Assembly (NCBI GenBank): GCA_963823665.1
Contig: CAWGMQ010000008.1
Span: 1,408,001 to 1,472,000, forward strand
Direction: 5' to 3'
Source: an uncultured Planctomycetota bacterium
Lineage (GTDB): Bacteria; Planctomycetota; Planctomycetia; Isosphaerales; Isosphaeraceae
Length of the DNA stretch: 64,000 bases
The notes beneath the pieces were generated by a model that saw only the letters and a list, made by a program, of their open reading frames with translations, was not told where the DNA came from and did no database searches. Position numbers and translations under genes: made by a program. This document shows positions 9,223-19,935 of the stretch, in pieces (position 1 is the stretch's first letter; every line of letters starts with the position of its first letter).

Positions 9223-9726
9223 ATGAGCTCTCGCGACGAGCTGGCGCAGGTCATCGCCAACGACCCCCGATACTCACTCGAGGCTTATGCACTCGTCCTC
9301 GAGTCGCTCAGCCAGGCCCGGCAGTTGAAGTTGAAAAACGCCCCTCGAGATCGGCCCGACGCGGCTGCGCCAAGGTCAACTCCCAAAAAAGCTCGTTCGG
9401 GGACGGAACCCCCTGCCAAGCCCCGTGTCTCGGGCCATGTCAACGGCGCCGAACTTTGCGACGCGCTGCGTAGACTTGCTCTGCGTCAATACGGGCTGCT
9501 GGCCGGAACGGTGCTGGCTCACTGGGGCATGCGGTCCACGTCCGACGTGGGAAACATCGTCTACAACATGATCGCCGCCGGCGGCCTCGAGCAGACCGAG
9601 AGCGACTCTCGTTCCGACTTCGACAACCTCTTCGACTTCGAAACCGTGTTCAAGGCTTCCTCACAAGAGGCGATTGCCGATTCCGGGGGCAAACCGGCCG
9701 GCGATCTGGATTCCCCCACGGATTGA
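9223..9726 (+). CDS. Minf_1886-family (PVC-restricted) protein
   Basis: DPRYSLEAY, HVNGAELC, WGMRSTSDVGNIVYNMI, DSRSDF. Confidence 0.85.
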   Translation: MSSRDELAQVIANDPRYSLEAYALVLESLSQARQLKLKNAPRDRPDAAAPRSTPKKARSGTEPPAKPRVSGHVNGAELCDALRRLALRQYGLLAGTVLAHWGMRSTSDVGNIVYNMIAAGGLEQTESDSRSDFDNLFDFETVFKASSQEAIADSGGKPAGDLDSPTD

Positions 9727-9751
9727 ATTCGCTCCAGGAAGGAACTCGCAC

Positions 9752-9922
9752 GTGAATGTAAAGAGAGCTCGCCTGCTCCTGGGTGCGGCCGTCTGTTTGT
9801 TCTTGCTGTGGGTCGGAGTTTTGATTGCGATGGCCGTGTTCTCGGCCAAGCGTCCTCCCGAACGGATCGTGCGGCCGATGCCTCGTGCCTCGGTTGATCA
9901 CAGGAGCGCGGAAACTCGCTGA
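9752..9922 (+). CDS. Small single-pass membrane protein
   Basis: AGGAAGG RBS, GTG start, and hydrophobic stretch LLLGAAVCLFLLWVGVLIAMAVF. Confidence 0.45.
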   Translation: MNVKRARLLLGAAVCLFLLWVGVLIAMAVFSAKRPPERIVRPMPRASVDHRSAETR

Positions 9923-9926
9923 CCGG

Positions 9927-11349
9927 CTACGCCCCGCCGATCTCGAGTCGCGACTTTCCCTTCGGCATGTCAAAGCACGCCACCATAGATCGTTGCTCGC
10001 GGACGAACGTTCCCGGCTTGAGCTCAAGCATCGAGCGAGCCGGCGAGAGAGCACGGTGGTCGTCGCCGGCAATGAGTCGCACGCGCGCGGCCGGTTCAGG
10101 GATACCGTCGTCCCAGGCCGCTTTCAAGGTGAACTGAGGGCACGCGAAAGGAGCGGCGAGGGAGATTGCGCCAGCAGCCCCGCGCTCGATCCGCGTCAGC
10201 TCGCGGGCAGCCCAGTAGCGGGCGATCTCGCTCAGCTTCATCCAGATGAGGTTGTCGTACGCGGCGTGCAGACGCTCGACAACCTCCCGAAAGATCTTGA
10301 AGCCCGTTTCCTCTCCGTTGAAGTACATCCCAGGCCAATGGCAGACCATGACGGCCGGCTCGCCGCGGGCAATCACCTCAGGCAGCCGGCCGCGCTTCAG
10401 GTCGGCGGTGATGAACTGGTCGACCGAGCCGGCAGTGAGGCCGTCCCAGCCGCCGAACCAGTCGCCCGTGCAGCCGATGATCGAGACAATGCATTCGGGG
10501 TCTGGGCCGTCCAGGCCTTTCGCCAGCTCGAGGCGGGGTGCCACGCTCCGCTCGTCCGTGAAGAGATGCCGGAAATAATGCGGTATCTCGAGACCGAAAA
10601 CATCGCGGCAGGCTTCCAGCGTGCCCCGCGAAAGCGCCGGAAGGGCACGGGTGCCGAAACCACCGGGGGTTGTGATCCCATCGCAGGAGATCCCGGCGTT
10701 CTTGAGGATCTTGAGTGCGAAGCCAATGTAGTCGGCAAGCTGGTCGGCGCTCTTGCCCGCGCTCCAGCCCCAATTCTCCATGAAGTCCGACGTGCGCGTC
10801 GGGTATGGGCGCCCGGATTTGGTGTCGATCACCCAGGTGTGGCTGACCATTTCCGGGTGGATGTCCCAATTGGGCATCATCAAAGTGCGCACCAGGTCGA
10901 GGCTCGACCTTGAGCTCCTGGCTCGACCACCCAGGCAGCTCGCGGTCGAGCCAGCCCACGCAGGCGGGGTAGGGCACGAGACTGTACTTTCCCTTGATCC
11001 CGCGCTCGGCGCACCACTGGCCGAACCGGCGCACGAAGGCATCGGGAATCTCGCGCGGGAGGGTCTTCCAGGGTTGGTGATACTGGTCGGGGAAGACCTC
11101 GTGGAACTGGGGAATTCCGAAATGGGCGAGATTGACCAGACATGTCGAGTCATCAATGATCAGGCTCACGGGCACGCGGCCGCGTGGATTGATGACGGAG
11201 ATTCCATCCGGGGGATTCGGGGGTCTCGAACCGGCTTCCTGGGCGCACGCTGTTCCCGCAGGGAACGAGCGTGCCGGGTCGCTCAGGATCAAGCCCGACG
11301 CCAGGCCGGCCCCGGTCGATTGCAGGAAGTGGCGACGGCTCAATACCAT
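9927..11349 (-). CDS. Tat-exported hypothetical protein (polysaccharide-deacetylase-like), split by a frameshift near 10905
   Basis: SRRHFLQ Tat signal and IIDDSTC in the N-terminal frame. Continues in the 9927..11156 frame (NWDIHPEMVSHT..CHWPG). Confidence 0.7.
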
Positions 11350-11505
11350 TGCACGCTGATGAGACGTTCTTGATTGCGGATCGTCACGCCCGCCATGATA
11401 TCAACGCGAGAACGAAACCCACCAGTCCGGGATCGCACGGGTGAGCAGCCGTCTTCGGAGCAGAATCGGTCGAGCACAAGATCGTGAATCGCGAGGGCTG
11501 TTTCC

Positions 11506-12108
11506 ATGATCGAGCTTCAATCGCGCTGGATCGAGATCGAGGGCGGGCGAGTGCACTACTTGATCGAAGGCCCCGAGCAAGGTCCTGCGGTCGTTCTGCT
11601 GCACGGCGCCAGCTTCAGCGCCCAAACCTGGAAGGCGATCGGTACGCTCGAGGCCCTCGCCGGTGCAGGATTCCTCGTCTACGCGGTCGACCTGCCGGGT
11701 TTCGGTGAGTCGTCGCCATCGCACGCCTCGCCGCGCACCTGGCTGCGGCTTCTGCTCGACTTGCTGAAAGTCGAGAAACCGGTCGTCGTCTCCCCGTCGA
11801 TGAGCGGCCGGTTTTCGCTGCCGCTTGTGACCGAAGACCCTGGCCGCGTGTCCGGATTCGTGGCCGTGGCACCAGTTTCGATCCGGTCGTTCCGCAGTCA
11901 GCTCGGTCAAATCACCGCGCCAGTGCTGGCAGTGTGGGGTGAAAACGACTCGATCGTGCCGATTGCGGAAGCCGACCTGCTCGTCGGCAGCGTGAAACAA
12001 GGCCGGAAGGTCGTGATCGCTGGAGGAACCCACGCTCCGTACATGAGCGACCCGGCGGCGTTTCATCAGGCACTGCTGCATTTTCTCGCTGCGGATGTTC
12101 GTGTCTGA
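11506..12108 (+). CDS. Alpha/beta hydrolase, ABHD14-like
   Basis: [20 protein letters not shown], nucleophile elbow VSPSMSG, WGENDS, THAPY. Confidence 0.85.
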   Translation: MIELQSRWIEIEGGRVHYLIEGPEQGPAVVLLHGASFSAQTWKAIGTLEALAGAGFLVYAVDLPGFGESSPSHASPRTWLRLLLDLLKVEKPVVVSPSMSGRFSLPLVTEDPGRVSGFVAVAPVSIRSFRSQLGQITAPVLAVWGENDSIVPIAEADLLVGSVKQGRKVVIAGGTHAPYMSDPAAFHQALLHFLAADVRV

Positions 12109-12124
12109 GCGAATCCACGGCTGC

Positions 12125-13099
12125 CTATTCGGTTCGATCAACGAACTCAACGGGCTTCGTGGCGCGCTCGTTGACTTCGAGCCGAAACACGTCCGGGCGG
12201 GAGTAGTGGCCGACCACATCGAAGTCGAATTTGGCCCTTGTGAGCTGTGCTCGATCAAGCTCTGCGACGAGGACGCACTCGCCTTCGTGTCGCGGTCCAA
12301 CCAGGACTTCTCCCAGCGGCCCGACGATGCAACTGCCGCCGCGGATCAGTTCTTCCTGAGAAGCGGGGAAGCGGTCGGTGGGATACCCGGATGGAAGATC
12401 GTTTCTCGTCAGGAACTGGCAAGCCGAGAGCACGAAACAACGGCCTTCCAAAGCGATGTGCCGGACGGTCGGCAGCCACGTTTCGCGGTCATCCACGGTG
12501 ATCGCGCAATAAAGCTCGATGCCCTTCGCGTACATTGCCATCCGCAAGAGGGGCATGTAGTTTTCCCAGCAGATGACCGAGCCGATCCGGCCGAGCTTTG
12601 TCGCCACAACCGGCAACGTCGATCCGTCGCCACTGCCCCAGATGACGCGCTCCATCGCCGTTGGAACGAGCTTTCGGTGCTTTCCGATCAATTCGCCGTG
12701 AGGCCCGAATATCAGAGCGGAGCAGTAGAGCGTGCCTCCAGCTCGTTCGATCACGCCTACAACGATGTGCAGGCCATGGTCCTTGGCGACCGATCCGATG
12801 AAATCGCACGCGGGTCCGGGCACGGGGATCGCGCTCTCAACGAGACGGCGGAAATCTTCACGGCCTTCCGGTGAACGAATACCGAGACTCACGCCGAAGT
12901 CGTGTCCCTTCAAGTAGCCGCCGATGAAGGCCTCGGGAAACACGATCAACTCGGCCCCTCGCCCGTTGGCATCAGACGAGAGCACCGCAAGTTTCTCGAG
13001 CGACCTGGGAGTGTCGAAGAGCACCGGCGCCGCCTGGACGACAGCCGCGCGCACCGTGCCGGATGAAACCGCTGAAGACGCGTCTTCCCTACTCTCCAT
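12125..13099 (-). CDS. Nitrilase / carbon-nitrogen hydrolase
   Basis: Catalytic E-K-C triad: FPEAFIGGY, HRKLVPTAMER, ICWENYMP; C-terminal FDVVGHYSRPD. Confidence 0.93.
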   Translation of the reverse strand: MESREDASSAVSSGTVRAAVVQAAPVLFDTPRSLEKLAVLSSDANGRGAELIVFPEAFIGGYLKGHDFGVSLGIRSPEGREDFRRLVESAIPVPGPACDFIGSVAKDHGLHIVVGVIERAGGTLYCSALIFGPHGELIGKHRKLVPTAMERVIWGSGDGSTLPVVATKLGRIGSVICWENYMPLLRMAMYAKGIELYCAITVDDRETWLPTVRHIALEGRCFVLSACQFLTRNDLPSGYPTDRFPASQEELIRGGSCIVGPLGEVLVGPRHEGECVLVAELDRAQLTRAKFDFDVVGHYSRPDVFRLEVNERATKPVEFVDRTE

Positions 13100-13103
13100 T
13101 TGA

Positions 13104-13616
13104 CTATCGCGCAGAGCGCCTTCCGAAGAGCTGGGTCTCGATCATGTAGCTCTGGGTGCCCAAGGGCGTCAATCCAATGCCGTACATCGGAGGCATGTAT
13201 CCACCTCCGTAGAAGCCTGGGTAACCGTAGCCGTATCCAACGGCAGGATAGCCGTAACCGTAACCGCCCATACCGTAGCCGTAACCGCCCATACCATAGC
13301 CGTAACCGCCCATGCCGTAGCCGTAACCGCCCATGCCGTAACCGCCCATGCCGTAGCCGCCCATGCCGTAACCGCCCATGCCGTAGCCGCCCATGCCGTA
13401 GCCGCCCATGCCGTAACCGCCCATGCCGTAGCCGTAACCACCCATGCCGTAGCCCCAGCCCGGGTATGCGTAGCCCCCGCCCCAGCCGACGGCCACACCT
13501 CCGCCCCCGTAAGCTGGAAATTGGGCCCTGGCATTGCCCGCTGAGCCGATCAGGATCACGAGTCCCAGCACCAGTGTTGCGCACAACTTCCCGATGTGTT
13601 GCAAGAGCCGGCCCAT
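13104..13616 (-). CDS. Secreted Gly/Tyr/Met-rich low-complexity protein (GGYGM repeats)
   Basis: GAGGAG RBS, signal peptide ending ARA-Q, and 15/21-bp tandem repeats at about 13250-13452. Confidence 0.75.
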   Translation of the reverse strand: MGRLLQHIGKLCATLVLGLVILIGSAGNARAQFPAYGGGGVAVGWGGGYAYPGWGYGMGGYGYGMGGYGMGGYGMGGYGMGGYGMGGYGMGGYGMGGYGYGMGGYGYGMGGYGYGMGGYGYGYPAVGYGYGYPGFYGGGYMPPMYGIGLTPLGTQSYMIETQLFGRRSAR

Positions 13617-13882
13617 CGCGGTGCTCCTCTTTGAAGGGGGGCGACTTCCGCGGTTCCGATATGGAACCCGAATGTTGTCGCTCACCCACGCTTGTCATTA
13701 TAGGTCGTACGGCGGTGCTGGACCAGCGCCACAGTTTCAGTCGCGCGAGATCACGCCAGTGCGAGTGATCATGGTTCGGGCGCGCAGAATTGTGAAATGG
13801 TACCCGCGAGTACACGCACTACTTAACCGAGAATGCGTAATTCGCCGCGTCTGTCTGGCCGAACTCCAGAGGGCTCACCCGC

Positions 13883-15136
13883 ATGAGAACGATAGTCACA
13901 TTGGTGGCCGCCGGCCTGTTCGTTGTCGTTACCCCTCAACCTTCTTCGTCGGCACGCGGAGCGGAAAATCCGGCGCAAGTGAACGACGCGTCGATTTTTC
14001 CGCGGGCTGATCCGGCAGCGGCGGGGATCAATCTCAAGGCGCTCGACCAGCTCAAAGCCCGGTCCGAGGCAACGAAGTCGGATGCCGTGGTCATCGTGAA
14101 GGACGGAAAGCTCGTCGCGGATTGGAACTTCGGCCATTCCCGGATCAAAATCGAAGCCATGTCGGCGACCAAGTCCATCGTCAGCCTCGGGATCGGGCGG
14201 CTGGTCGATATGGGCAAGATCAAGTCCGTTGAGCAGCCAGTCTGGGACTTTTATCCGGAGTGGAACCAGGGCCGCAAGCGCAAGATCACGATCAAGCACC
14301 TGCTCAACCACACGAGCGGATTGCAGCATGAACAGGACGAGATCATTTACGAGCGGCCCGATTTCGTGCGACTGGCTCTGGCCGCGGAGCTGACCGAAGA
14401 CCCCGGCTCGAGGTTCTCGTACAACAACAAGGCTGTCAACCTGCTCGCGGGGATCATCGAGCGGGCTTCCGGAAAGCGTATGGACCGCTTTATCGCCGAT
14501 GAGATTTTCGCACCGATGGGTATTAGCGACTTCCGCTGGTCGCTCGATGAAGCCGGCAACCCACACGGCATGGCGGGGCTCGAGATCACGGCAATCGACC
14601 TCGCGAAGATCGGACAGCTCGTCCTCGACGAGGGCAAGTGGCAGGGCCGCCAGATCCTGAGCCGGGAGTGGATCGGGTTGTCGACCAGTCCATCCCAGGC
14701 CCTCGAGCCGGCTTGCGGGCTTCTCTGGTGGCGCATACCGAAGATGAAGCTGCAAGTCGACGATGGAACAATCGCATTTCTCAAGGAGCAAGGCATCACG
14801 CCCGGTTCGCTCAAGCGACTGGAATCGCTTCGGGGGAAACCGTTCGAATCGACCGCGATGTGGAGTAAACTCCGGCAGATCGTGCAGGAGGACGCGGTAC
14901 TCAAGACCAAGTTGGCGGGCCTGAACAAGACGCCGTTTGAGTCGACTTTCGTGACGGAGGGTAAGCCCCGCGTGATCGAGGCGAGAGGATACCTCGGGCA
15001 GATGCTGACGATCCTGCCTGACTTCCGGATCGTGGCCGTTCGGCAGCGACAGGGCGGGCCCAAGGTGGATCCGAAGAAACTCGATCTATACTTCAGTGAG
15101 TTCTGGAGTATGGTTGAGGGGCTGGTTCAATTTTAG
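13883..15136 (+). CDS. Secreted serine hydrolase, beta-lactamase class C-like
   Basis: Signal peptide, SxxK (SATK), LLNHTSG, YNN, and ARGYLGQ. Confidence 0.88.
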   Translation: MRTIVTLVAAGLFVVVTPQPSSSARGAENPAQVNDASIFPRADPAAAGINLKALDQLKARSEATKSDAVVIVKDGKLVADWNFGHSRIKIEAMSATKSIVSLGIGRLVDMGKIKSVEQPVWDFYPEWNQGRKRKITIKHLLNHTSGLQHEQDEIIYERPDFVRLALAAELTEDPGSRFSYNNKAVNLLAGIIERASGKRMDRFIADEIFAPMGISDFRWSLDEAGNPHGMAGLEITAIDLAKIGQLVLDEGKWQGRQILSREWIGLSTSPSQALEPACGLLWWRIPKMKLQVDDGTIAFLKEQGITPGSLKRLESLRGKPFESTAMWSKLRQIVQEDAVLKTKLAGLNKTPFESTFVTEGKPRVIEARGYLGQMLTILPDFRIVAVRQRQGGPKVDPKKLDLYFSEFWSMVEGLVQF

Positions 15137-15153
15137 GTTGCGCCGCCCGGATT

Positions 15154-15900
15154 CTACCTGGCCCGACCCTGGTTGGCGACCGCCGCCATTGCCTGGGCGA
15201 TTGCGTCGGAATCGCCCAGATAGTAATGCCTGAGCGGTTTGAGCTGGTCGTCGAGCTCATAGACCAAGGGCACACCAGTTGGTATGTTGAGCGACAAAAT
15301 ATCTTGATCAGAGATATTATCGAGATACTTGACCAGCGCTCGCAGGCTGTTGCCGTGTGCGGCGATGATTGTCTTCTTGCCGCTCTTTATCGCCGGAACG
15401 ATGTTCTGGTGCCAGTAGGGAAGAAAGCGGTCGACGGTGTCCTTGAGACACTCCGATAGAGGCAGCTCGCCTCGATCCAATCCGCGGTAACGGGGGTCGC
15501 TGCCGGGGAATCGGGGGTCCGTTTCCTCGAGCGCCGGCGGGCGCACGTCGTAGCTGCGCCGCCAGATAAGAACCTGGTCGTCGCCATACTTCGCCGCGGT
15601 CTCGGCCTTGTTCAGTCCCTGAAGCGCGCCATAATGGCGCTCGTTGAGCCGCCACGAGAGCTCGACGGGAAGCCACATCAGGTCGAGCACATCGAGGGTG
15701 ATCCAGAGTGTGCGGATCGCGCGCTTGAGCACCGAGCAAAACGCCACGTCAAAAGAAAAACCCTCGGACTTGAGCAATTCCCCCGCCTTCAGGGCTTCGG
15801 TCTTGCCGGTGTCTGAAAGGTCCACGTCAGCCCAGCCGGTGAAGAGATTGTCCTTGTTCCAGACGCTTTCACCGTGGCGCAGCAGAACGAGCTTGATCAT
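15154..15900 (-). CDS. gpmA: 2,3-bisphosphoglycerate-dependent phosphoglycerate mutase
   Basis: [44 protein letters not shown]. Confidence 0.97.
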   Translation of the reverse strand: MIKLVLLRHGESVWNKDNLFTGWADVDLSDTGKTEALKAGELLKSEGFSFDVAFCSVLKRAIRTLWITLDVLDLMWLPVELSWRLNERHYGALQGLNKAETAAKYGDDQVLIWRRSYDVRPPALEETDPRFPGSDPRYRGLDRGELPLSECLKDTVDRFLPYWHQNIVPAIKSGKKTIIAAHGNSLRALVKYLDNISDQDILSLNIPTGVPLVYELDDQLKPLRHYYLGDSDAIAQAMAAVANQGRAR

Positions 15901-16234
15901 GGCGTGTTCCCGGTTGACCGGCGTGACGATAGCAATTGACTTCGGCTTTGTATCCCGACGGCCCGAAGGAATCATCGTAGCGCCGGAAGCTGAGGCTCGC
16001 AAGCTCCAGAGAAACTGGGGGGCGCCATCTTGACCCGCGGGTGCGCTGGGCGATTGAATCTGGTTGGCTCCGTCGCGGCAGTGCGGTCCAGGGGCGACGG
16101 TGGGACGGACGCACTGTCGCGAAGCGAAAGTGAGGTCTGGCGGCGCGGGCGCGAAATGGGGATTCTGGATCTGGCGAAAGTCGATATCGGGATTTCCAAA
16201 AGAGGCTAATGATCGAGTTCCGAAAGCCATCCTC

Positions 16235-17041
16235 ATGACGGTGAGCTGGAAAGACGTGCGACGGGCGAGGATTCCGATGGGGGACCTGCCGGTGCTGGCC
16301 GAGCTGCGGGGCCATGGGGCGATTCGCGTGCTCATGGCGGGCGAGGTCGCCTGGATTTCGTGGGAGCCAGGATCGGAGCTGATGCAAGAGATGCTCGTGC
16401 GACGGATAATGCCGCTGGAGGGGGCGGCGCTATATACCGAGCGCGACGGGTGCTGGTATCGATTGGCGGAACACCTGCCGCGATTCGACGTTCCGACGGG
16501 CGACGGCTCGGACTGGCCCACGCTCGAGAGGACGATTTTCCCCGAGCCGGTGAAAACAACGCGACCGCAGGGCCGCTGGCACGATCCGGTCCGGATCCGA
16601 CTGGTGCGCGATGGGGCGACGACGCCGTGGCCGGCGAGCGCGCTGCGCAGCACGCCGGAAACGCTCGCAGCGTGGGCCGAGCGGGCGACCACGGCAGCCC
16701 TCGTCGCGCTCCATGGCGCGTGGATCAGACCCGGATCTGCTGGCGGGCCGGACGGTCTCGTTCTGGTGACCGGTGCGGCGCGATCATTGCCGCTGCTCGA
16801 AGGGGGAGTGCGGTTCTGGGGGGCCGAACTGCTCTTGCCGCTGGGTTTCCGGGCCGAGCCCGACCTGCCGCATTCGGCCGTTCGCCGCGCGGCCGGGGCG
16901 ACAGCCGAGGAGCTGGCGGTGCTGGACGAAGAGGGGATCGAGGTCATCCCCCGAGCGGTTTTTAAACCACTCTCACGCGCGGCGGTGCGGCTGATGCTCA
17001 TGGAAGGACGCGCAGCTACCGGCAGGGAGCCGCCGCAATGA
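16235..17041 (+). CDS. Putative bpX2-like component of a MoxR-vWA-beta-propeller ternary system
   Basis: Pattern [28 protein letters not shown], recalled from this family. Stop overlaps the next start (ATGA) and the gene sits upstream of the vWA gene. Confidence 0.65.
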   Translation: MTVSWKDVRRARIPMGDLPVLAELRGHGAIRVLMAGEVAWISWEPGSELMQEMLVRRIMPLEGAALYTERDGCWYRLAEHLPRFDVPTGDGSDWPTLERTIFPEPVKTTRPQGRWHDPVRIRLVRDGATTPWPASALRSTPETLAAWAERATTAALVALHGAWIRPGSAGGPDGLVLVTGAARSLPLLEGGVRFWGAELLLPLGFRAEPDLPHSAVRRAAGATAEELAVLDEEGIEVIPRAVFKPLSRAAVRLMLMEGRAATGREPPQ

Positions 17042-19935
17042 CATTTCCGCGGGCGGCTCTCTATCTCCAGATCCCGGCTTCGTACTGCCGGTCGATCGGC
17101 GGACTGAGGTGGGCACATTACGGCGAAGCGGTCGAGTTCCTCGAAGGACCGGCTGCCGGGCTGACGTTCGCCTTTGCGCCGGAAATTGCGCTGTTCCTGG
17201 AGGGCTTTCGAGGCATGGACGGTGGCGTGCCGGCGTTCGGACACGTCCTGCACTTGCTGTACTTGATCGGGCTGGGCGACCGGACCGGGGCCGACGCGAG
17301 CCGGTCGGCAAACTGCCTGAAACGCATTGCCAGCCAGTTCCGCGCTCTAGGGTGCCCCTTACGAAATGCCGGCGCACTGTGCGCAGCGATCAGTTCCGAG
17401 GCGCCGCGCGCCGCCGATGCGCCCGCGCTCGCCACGATTCACGCGATCTTGACCGACGGAAACTGGGTGCCGTCGGTGATGCTTTCGCCCGGTTTGCCGC
17501 TGGCGATGAGCGAGGCCGAGGAGCCGGGGCTCGAGGCCCTTCAGTTCGAGGAGCTCGTGAGCCGGCGGCTCGAGGCAATGAGCGACGTCGAGATCCGCCA
17601 CTGGCTGCGCCATGGCCGCGGGCCAGTGGGCGAGGGCACTCTTCGGCTCTTACCCGAGCGGCCTCGAAGTGCGGTTGATGTGTTCTCGGCGATCGAGCGG
17701 CGGCCGCGGCTGGCGGGTACGCTCGCGCTGGCTGCCCGGCTGGAGGGGGTGCTCTGGCTTCCCTCACGGCGGCTGGAGCGGCCTCTACTACAAGGCGGCG
17801 GCTATTCCGACGTCACGACCCGCGGCGCGCCGGAACGCATCCTACCGATTCAGCTTGCCCTGGACGGCGAGGAGTTCATCCGGCGGTTTGCCGAGGGAGA
17901 GCTGCTGTATTTCCACCGGGAAGAACCGCGCGACACGGTCACGGAAGAGCTGGTCCTGCTGCTCGATCAAGGTGTGCGCACATGGGGAAACGTGCGGCTG
18001 GTGCTCTCGAGTGCAGCGGTTGCGCTTTCGCGCCAGGCCCAGCGCCGGCGAATCGCCGTCAAGCTGGCCGCCACCAGCAGCGACGGCAGGCCCGTCGATC
18101 CCACGTCGATCGACGCGGCGGCGCTCTCGAGCTTGATCGAGGCCAGCGATCTCTCGCTGCATCCCGGCCCAGCGCTCCGGAGGCTGCTGGCAGACGCGAG
18201 CGAAGGTCGTCGGGACGTGGTGGTCTTGACCCATCCGCTGAACTTGAACGAGCCGGAGGTCATCGCGGCCGCGCGGGCCGTCGCGAGCAGCGGCGGAGCC
18301 GGCACGCGGCTCTTTGCAGTGGCGGTTGATTCAAAAGGGCGGCTCGAGCTGACGGAGTTGCGCCGGGGGTTGCCGATCGTGCTGGCGCGGAGCAAAGTCG
18401 AGATCGGAGTCCAGGAGAAGCCGGCACCCGTGACCGGAGCTTTCACGGATCTTCCGCTCGGGCCGCGGCAAACGCCGATTCGATCCTGGAAGGGAGATTT
18501 CGAGCCGATCGGGTTCCCGTTCCGGTGCGGGTTGCTCGAGGAGCTGGAGCGGTCCGAGTCGAGCGGTGCAGAACCGATGTCTCACGCGTTCGACTTCGAC
18601 GAGAGCGGGGAGCGGATTCTGGCCGTCGGAGTCGGGCTCGGTCATCTCCTGTTCACGGCCAGGATCGACGGAGCGGAATTCGAGCATCTGCCGATGCCGG
18701 TACACGCGGGTAAGCCGGTGCTGCTTGATCGTAAGGTGATCGGCGTGGCGGGCGGATTCGTCGTCGCGGGCAACAGCAGTTGCGGCGCCTGTCTGGCGCA
18801 CTACGATTTCCCATCGGCGCGCTGCGTGATCCACGGGCTCGGCAGATTCATGGCCTCGGTGAGCTGGACGTATTTTCGCGACTTGCACGCGATCGTGATC
18901 AGGCCACCAGAAAAGGATGGTGAGGCCACGGCGCTGGACCTGTCGGCGACGGGCCCGGATGCGAAGGGCACGAGTCGGGCTCGCCGTGCTCTCGAGCGGG
19001 CTCTGGAGCGCGAGCAGATCTTCACCGTGATGGCTCAGCCCGGCTGGACCTGGGACAGCGAAACCTCGGCCGAACCGGGTGACCACGCGCTGGCGCTCGA
19101 TGGGAATTCCGGGATGCTGCGCTTCGAGCTCGGGCCGGACCACCTGGAGAACTCGGTTATGCCACTCACGGACGGGCAGCCCGCGCTCAAGGGTGGGCAG
19201 ATCGTGCGATCCAAGTGGGGCGGAGACGTACTCGCGGTGCTGGTGCGCGGCGGGGCGGCGCCGGGGCTCTATTTCATCTCGACTGCTCGCTGCGCGGTGC
19301 TCGGAATGTTCCAGCAAGGCCGGCGAACGGGCTCCGGGTCGTTTGCTCTGTCACGCGACGGTCGACGCTTCGCGGTGCTCTCGGCCACCGGTGATCTCGA
19401 GGTGCGGGATGTTCCAGGCGACCAGACGGCGGTCTTCGTCACGCCCAGGGAAGAGGTTGTCACCCATTTTCTATCACTCGGAAAGTCGTGCCTGCTGGTG
19501 CGCGAAGTGGATGAAGCGAGCCGCCATGCCCACGACCGGTGCCTCTTTCGCTGGGACCGGGGGCGGCTTGAGGTGGAGCGCGACGAGGTCTTCACCGTTT
19601 TTTCGCGTCTGGGCGGAGTGCTGACCCAGTCGCGGAGTCTGCGGCGCGGCGATTCCGAAGTGAACCGACATCAGCTTCGCTTCGTCGGGGTCATCGAGGA
19701 GGGGCGACTGCGGATCCTGATCGATCGCTATAATCATTTTGTGGTGTTCGATGCGCGGGGGAATCTGGTCTGCATCTTCTACGTGATCGGAGACGACGCA
19801 GCCGCCTTGCTGGTGGACGGGACGTACTGGGGGTCGTACCGGCTGATTGGCCGCGAGGCGCTACCCGGGGCGGCCGAGCGCATCGGCCGGGCACTTCTCG
19901 AGGCCGAAGGCGGAGCGGTGACAGGTGGTGGGTGA
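17038..19935 (+). CDS. vWA-domain protein of the ternary system (bpX0-like N-terminus, vWA, beta-rich C-terminus)
   Basis: [37 protein letters not shown] followed by degenerate [17 protein letters not shown]-terminus has propeller-like strands ([19 protein letters not shown]). Confidence 0.75.
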   Translation: MTFPRAALYLQIPASYCRSIGGLRWAHYGEAVEFLEGPAAGLTFAFAPEIALFLEGFRGMDGGVPAFGHVLHLLYLIGLGDRTGADASRSANCLKRIASQFRALGCPLRNAGALCAAISSEAPRAADAPALATIHAILTDGNWVPSVMLSPGLPLAMSEAEEPGLEALQFEELVSRRLEAMSDVEIRHWLRHGRGPVGEGTLRLLPERPRSAVDVFSAIERRPRLAGTLALAARLEGVLWLPSRRLERPLLQGGGYSDVTTRGAPERILPIQLALDGEEFIRRFAEGELLYFHREEPRDTVTEELVLLLDQGVRTWGNVRLVLSSAAVALSRQAQRRRIAVKLAATSSDGRPVDPTSIDAAALSSLIEASDLSLHPGPALRRLLADASEGRRDVVVLTHPLNLNEPEVIAAARAVASSGGAGTRLFAVAVDSKGRLELTELRRGLPIVLARSKVEIGVQEKPAPVTGAFTDLPLGPRQTPIRSWKGDFEPIGFPFRCGLLEELERSESSGAEPMSHAFDFDESGERILAVGVGLGHLLFTARIDGAEFEHLPMPVHAGKPVLLDRKVIGVAGGFVVAGNSSCGACLAHYDFPSARCVIHGLGRFMASVSWTYFRDLHAIVIRPPEKDGEATALDLSATGPDAKGTSRARRALERALEREQIFTVMAQPGWTWDSETSAEPGDHALALDGNSGMLRFELGPDHLENSVMPLTDGQPALKGGQIVRSKWGGDVLAVLVRGGAAPGLYFISTARCAVLGMFQQGRRTGSGSFALSRDGRRFAVLSATGDLEVRDVPGDQTAVFVTPREEVVTHFLSLGKSCLLVREVDEASRHAHDRCLFRWDRGRLEVERDEVFTVFSRLGGVLTQSRSLRRGDSEVNRHQLRFVGVIEEGRLRILIDRYNHFVVFDARGNLVCIFYVIGDDAAALLVDGTYWGSYRLIGREALPGAAERIGRALLEAEGGAVTGGG

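Noticed and set aside
15901..17253. 699-aa N-terminally extended GpmA fusion
   Set aside because: The extension is the antisense shadow of the bpX2-like gene. Canonical GpmA starts at 15900.
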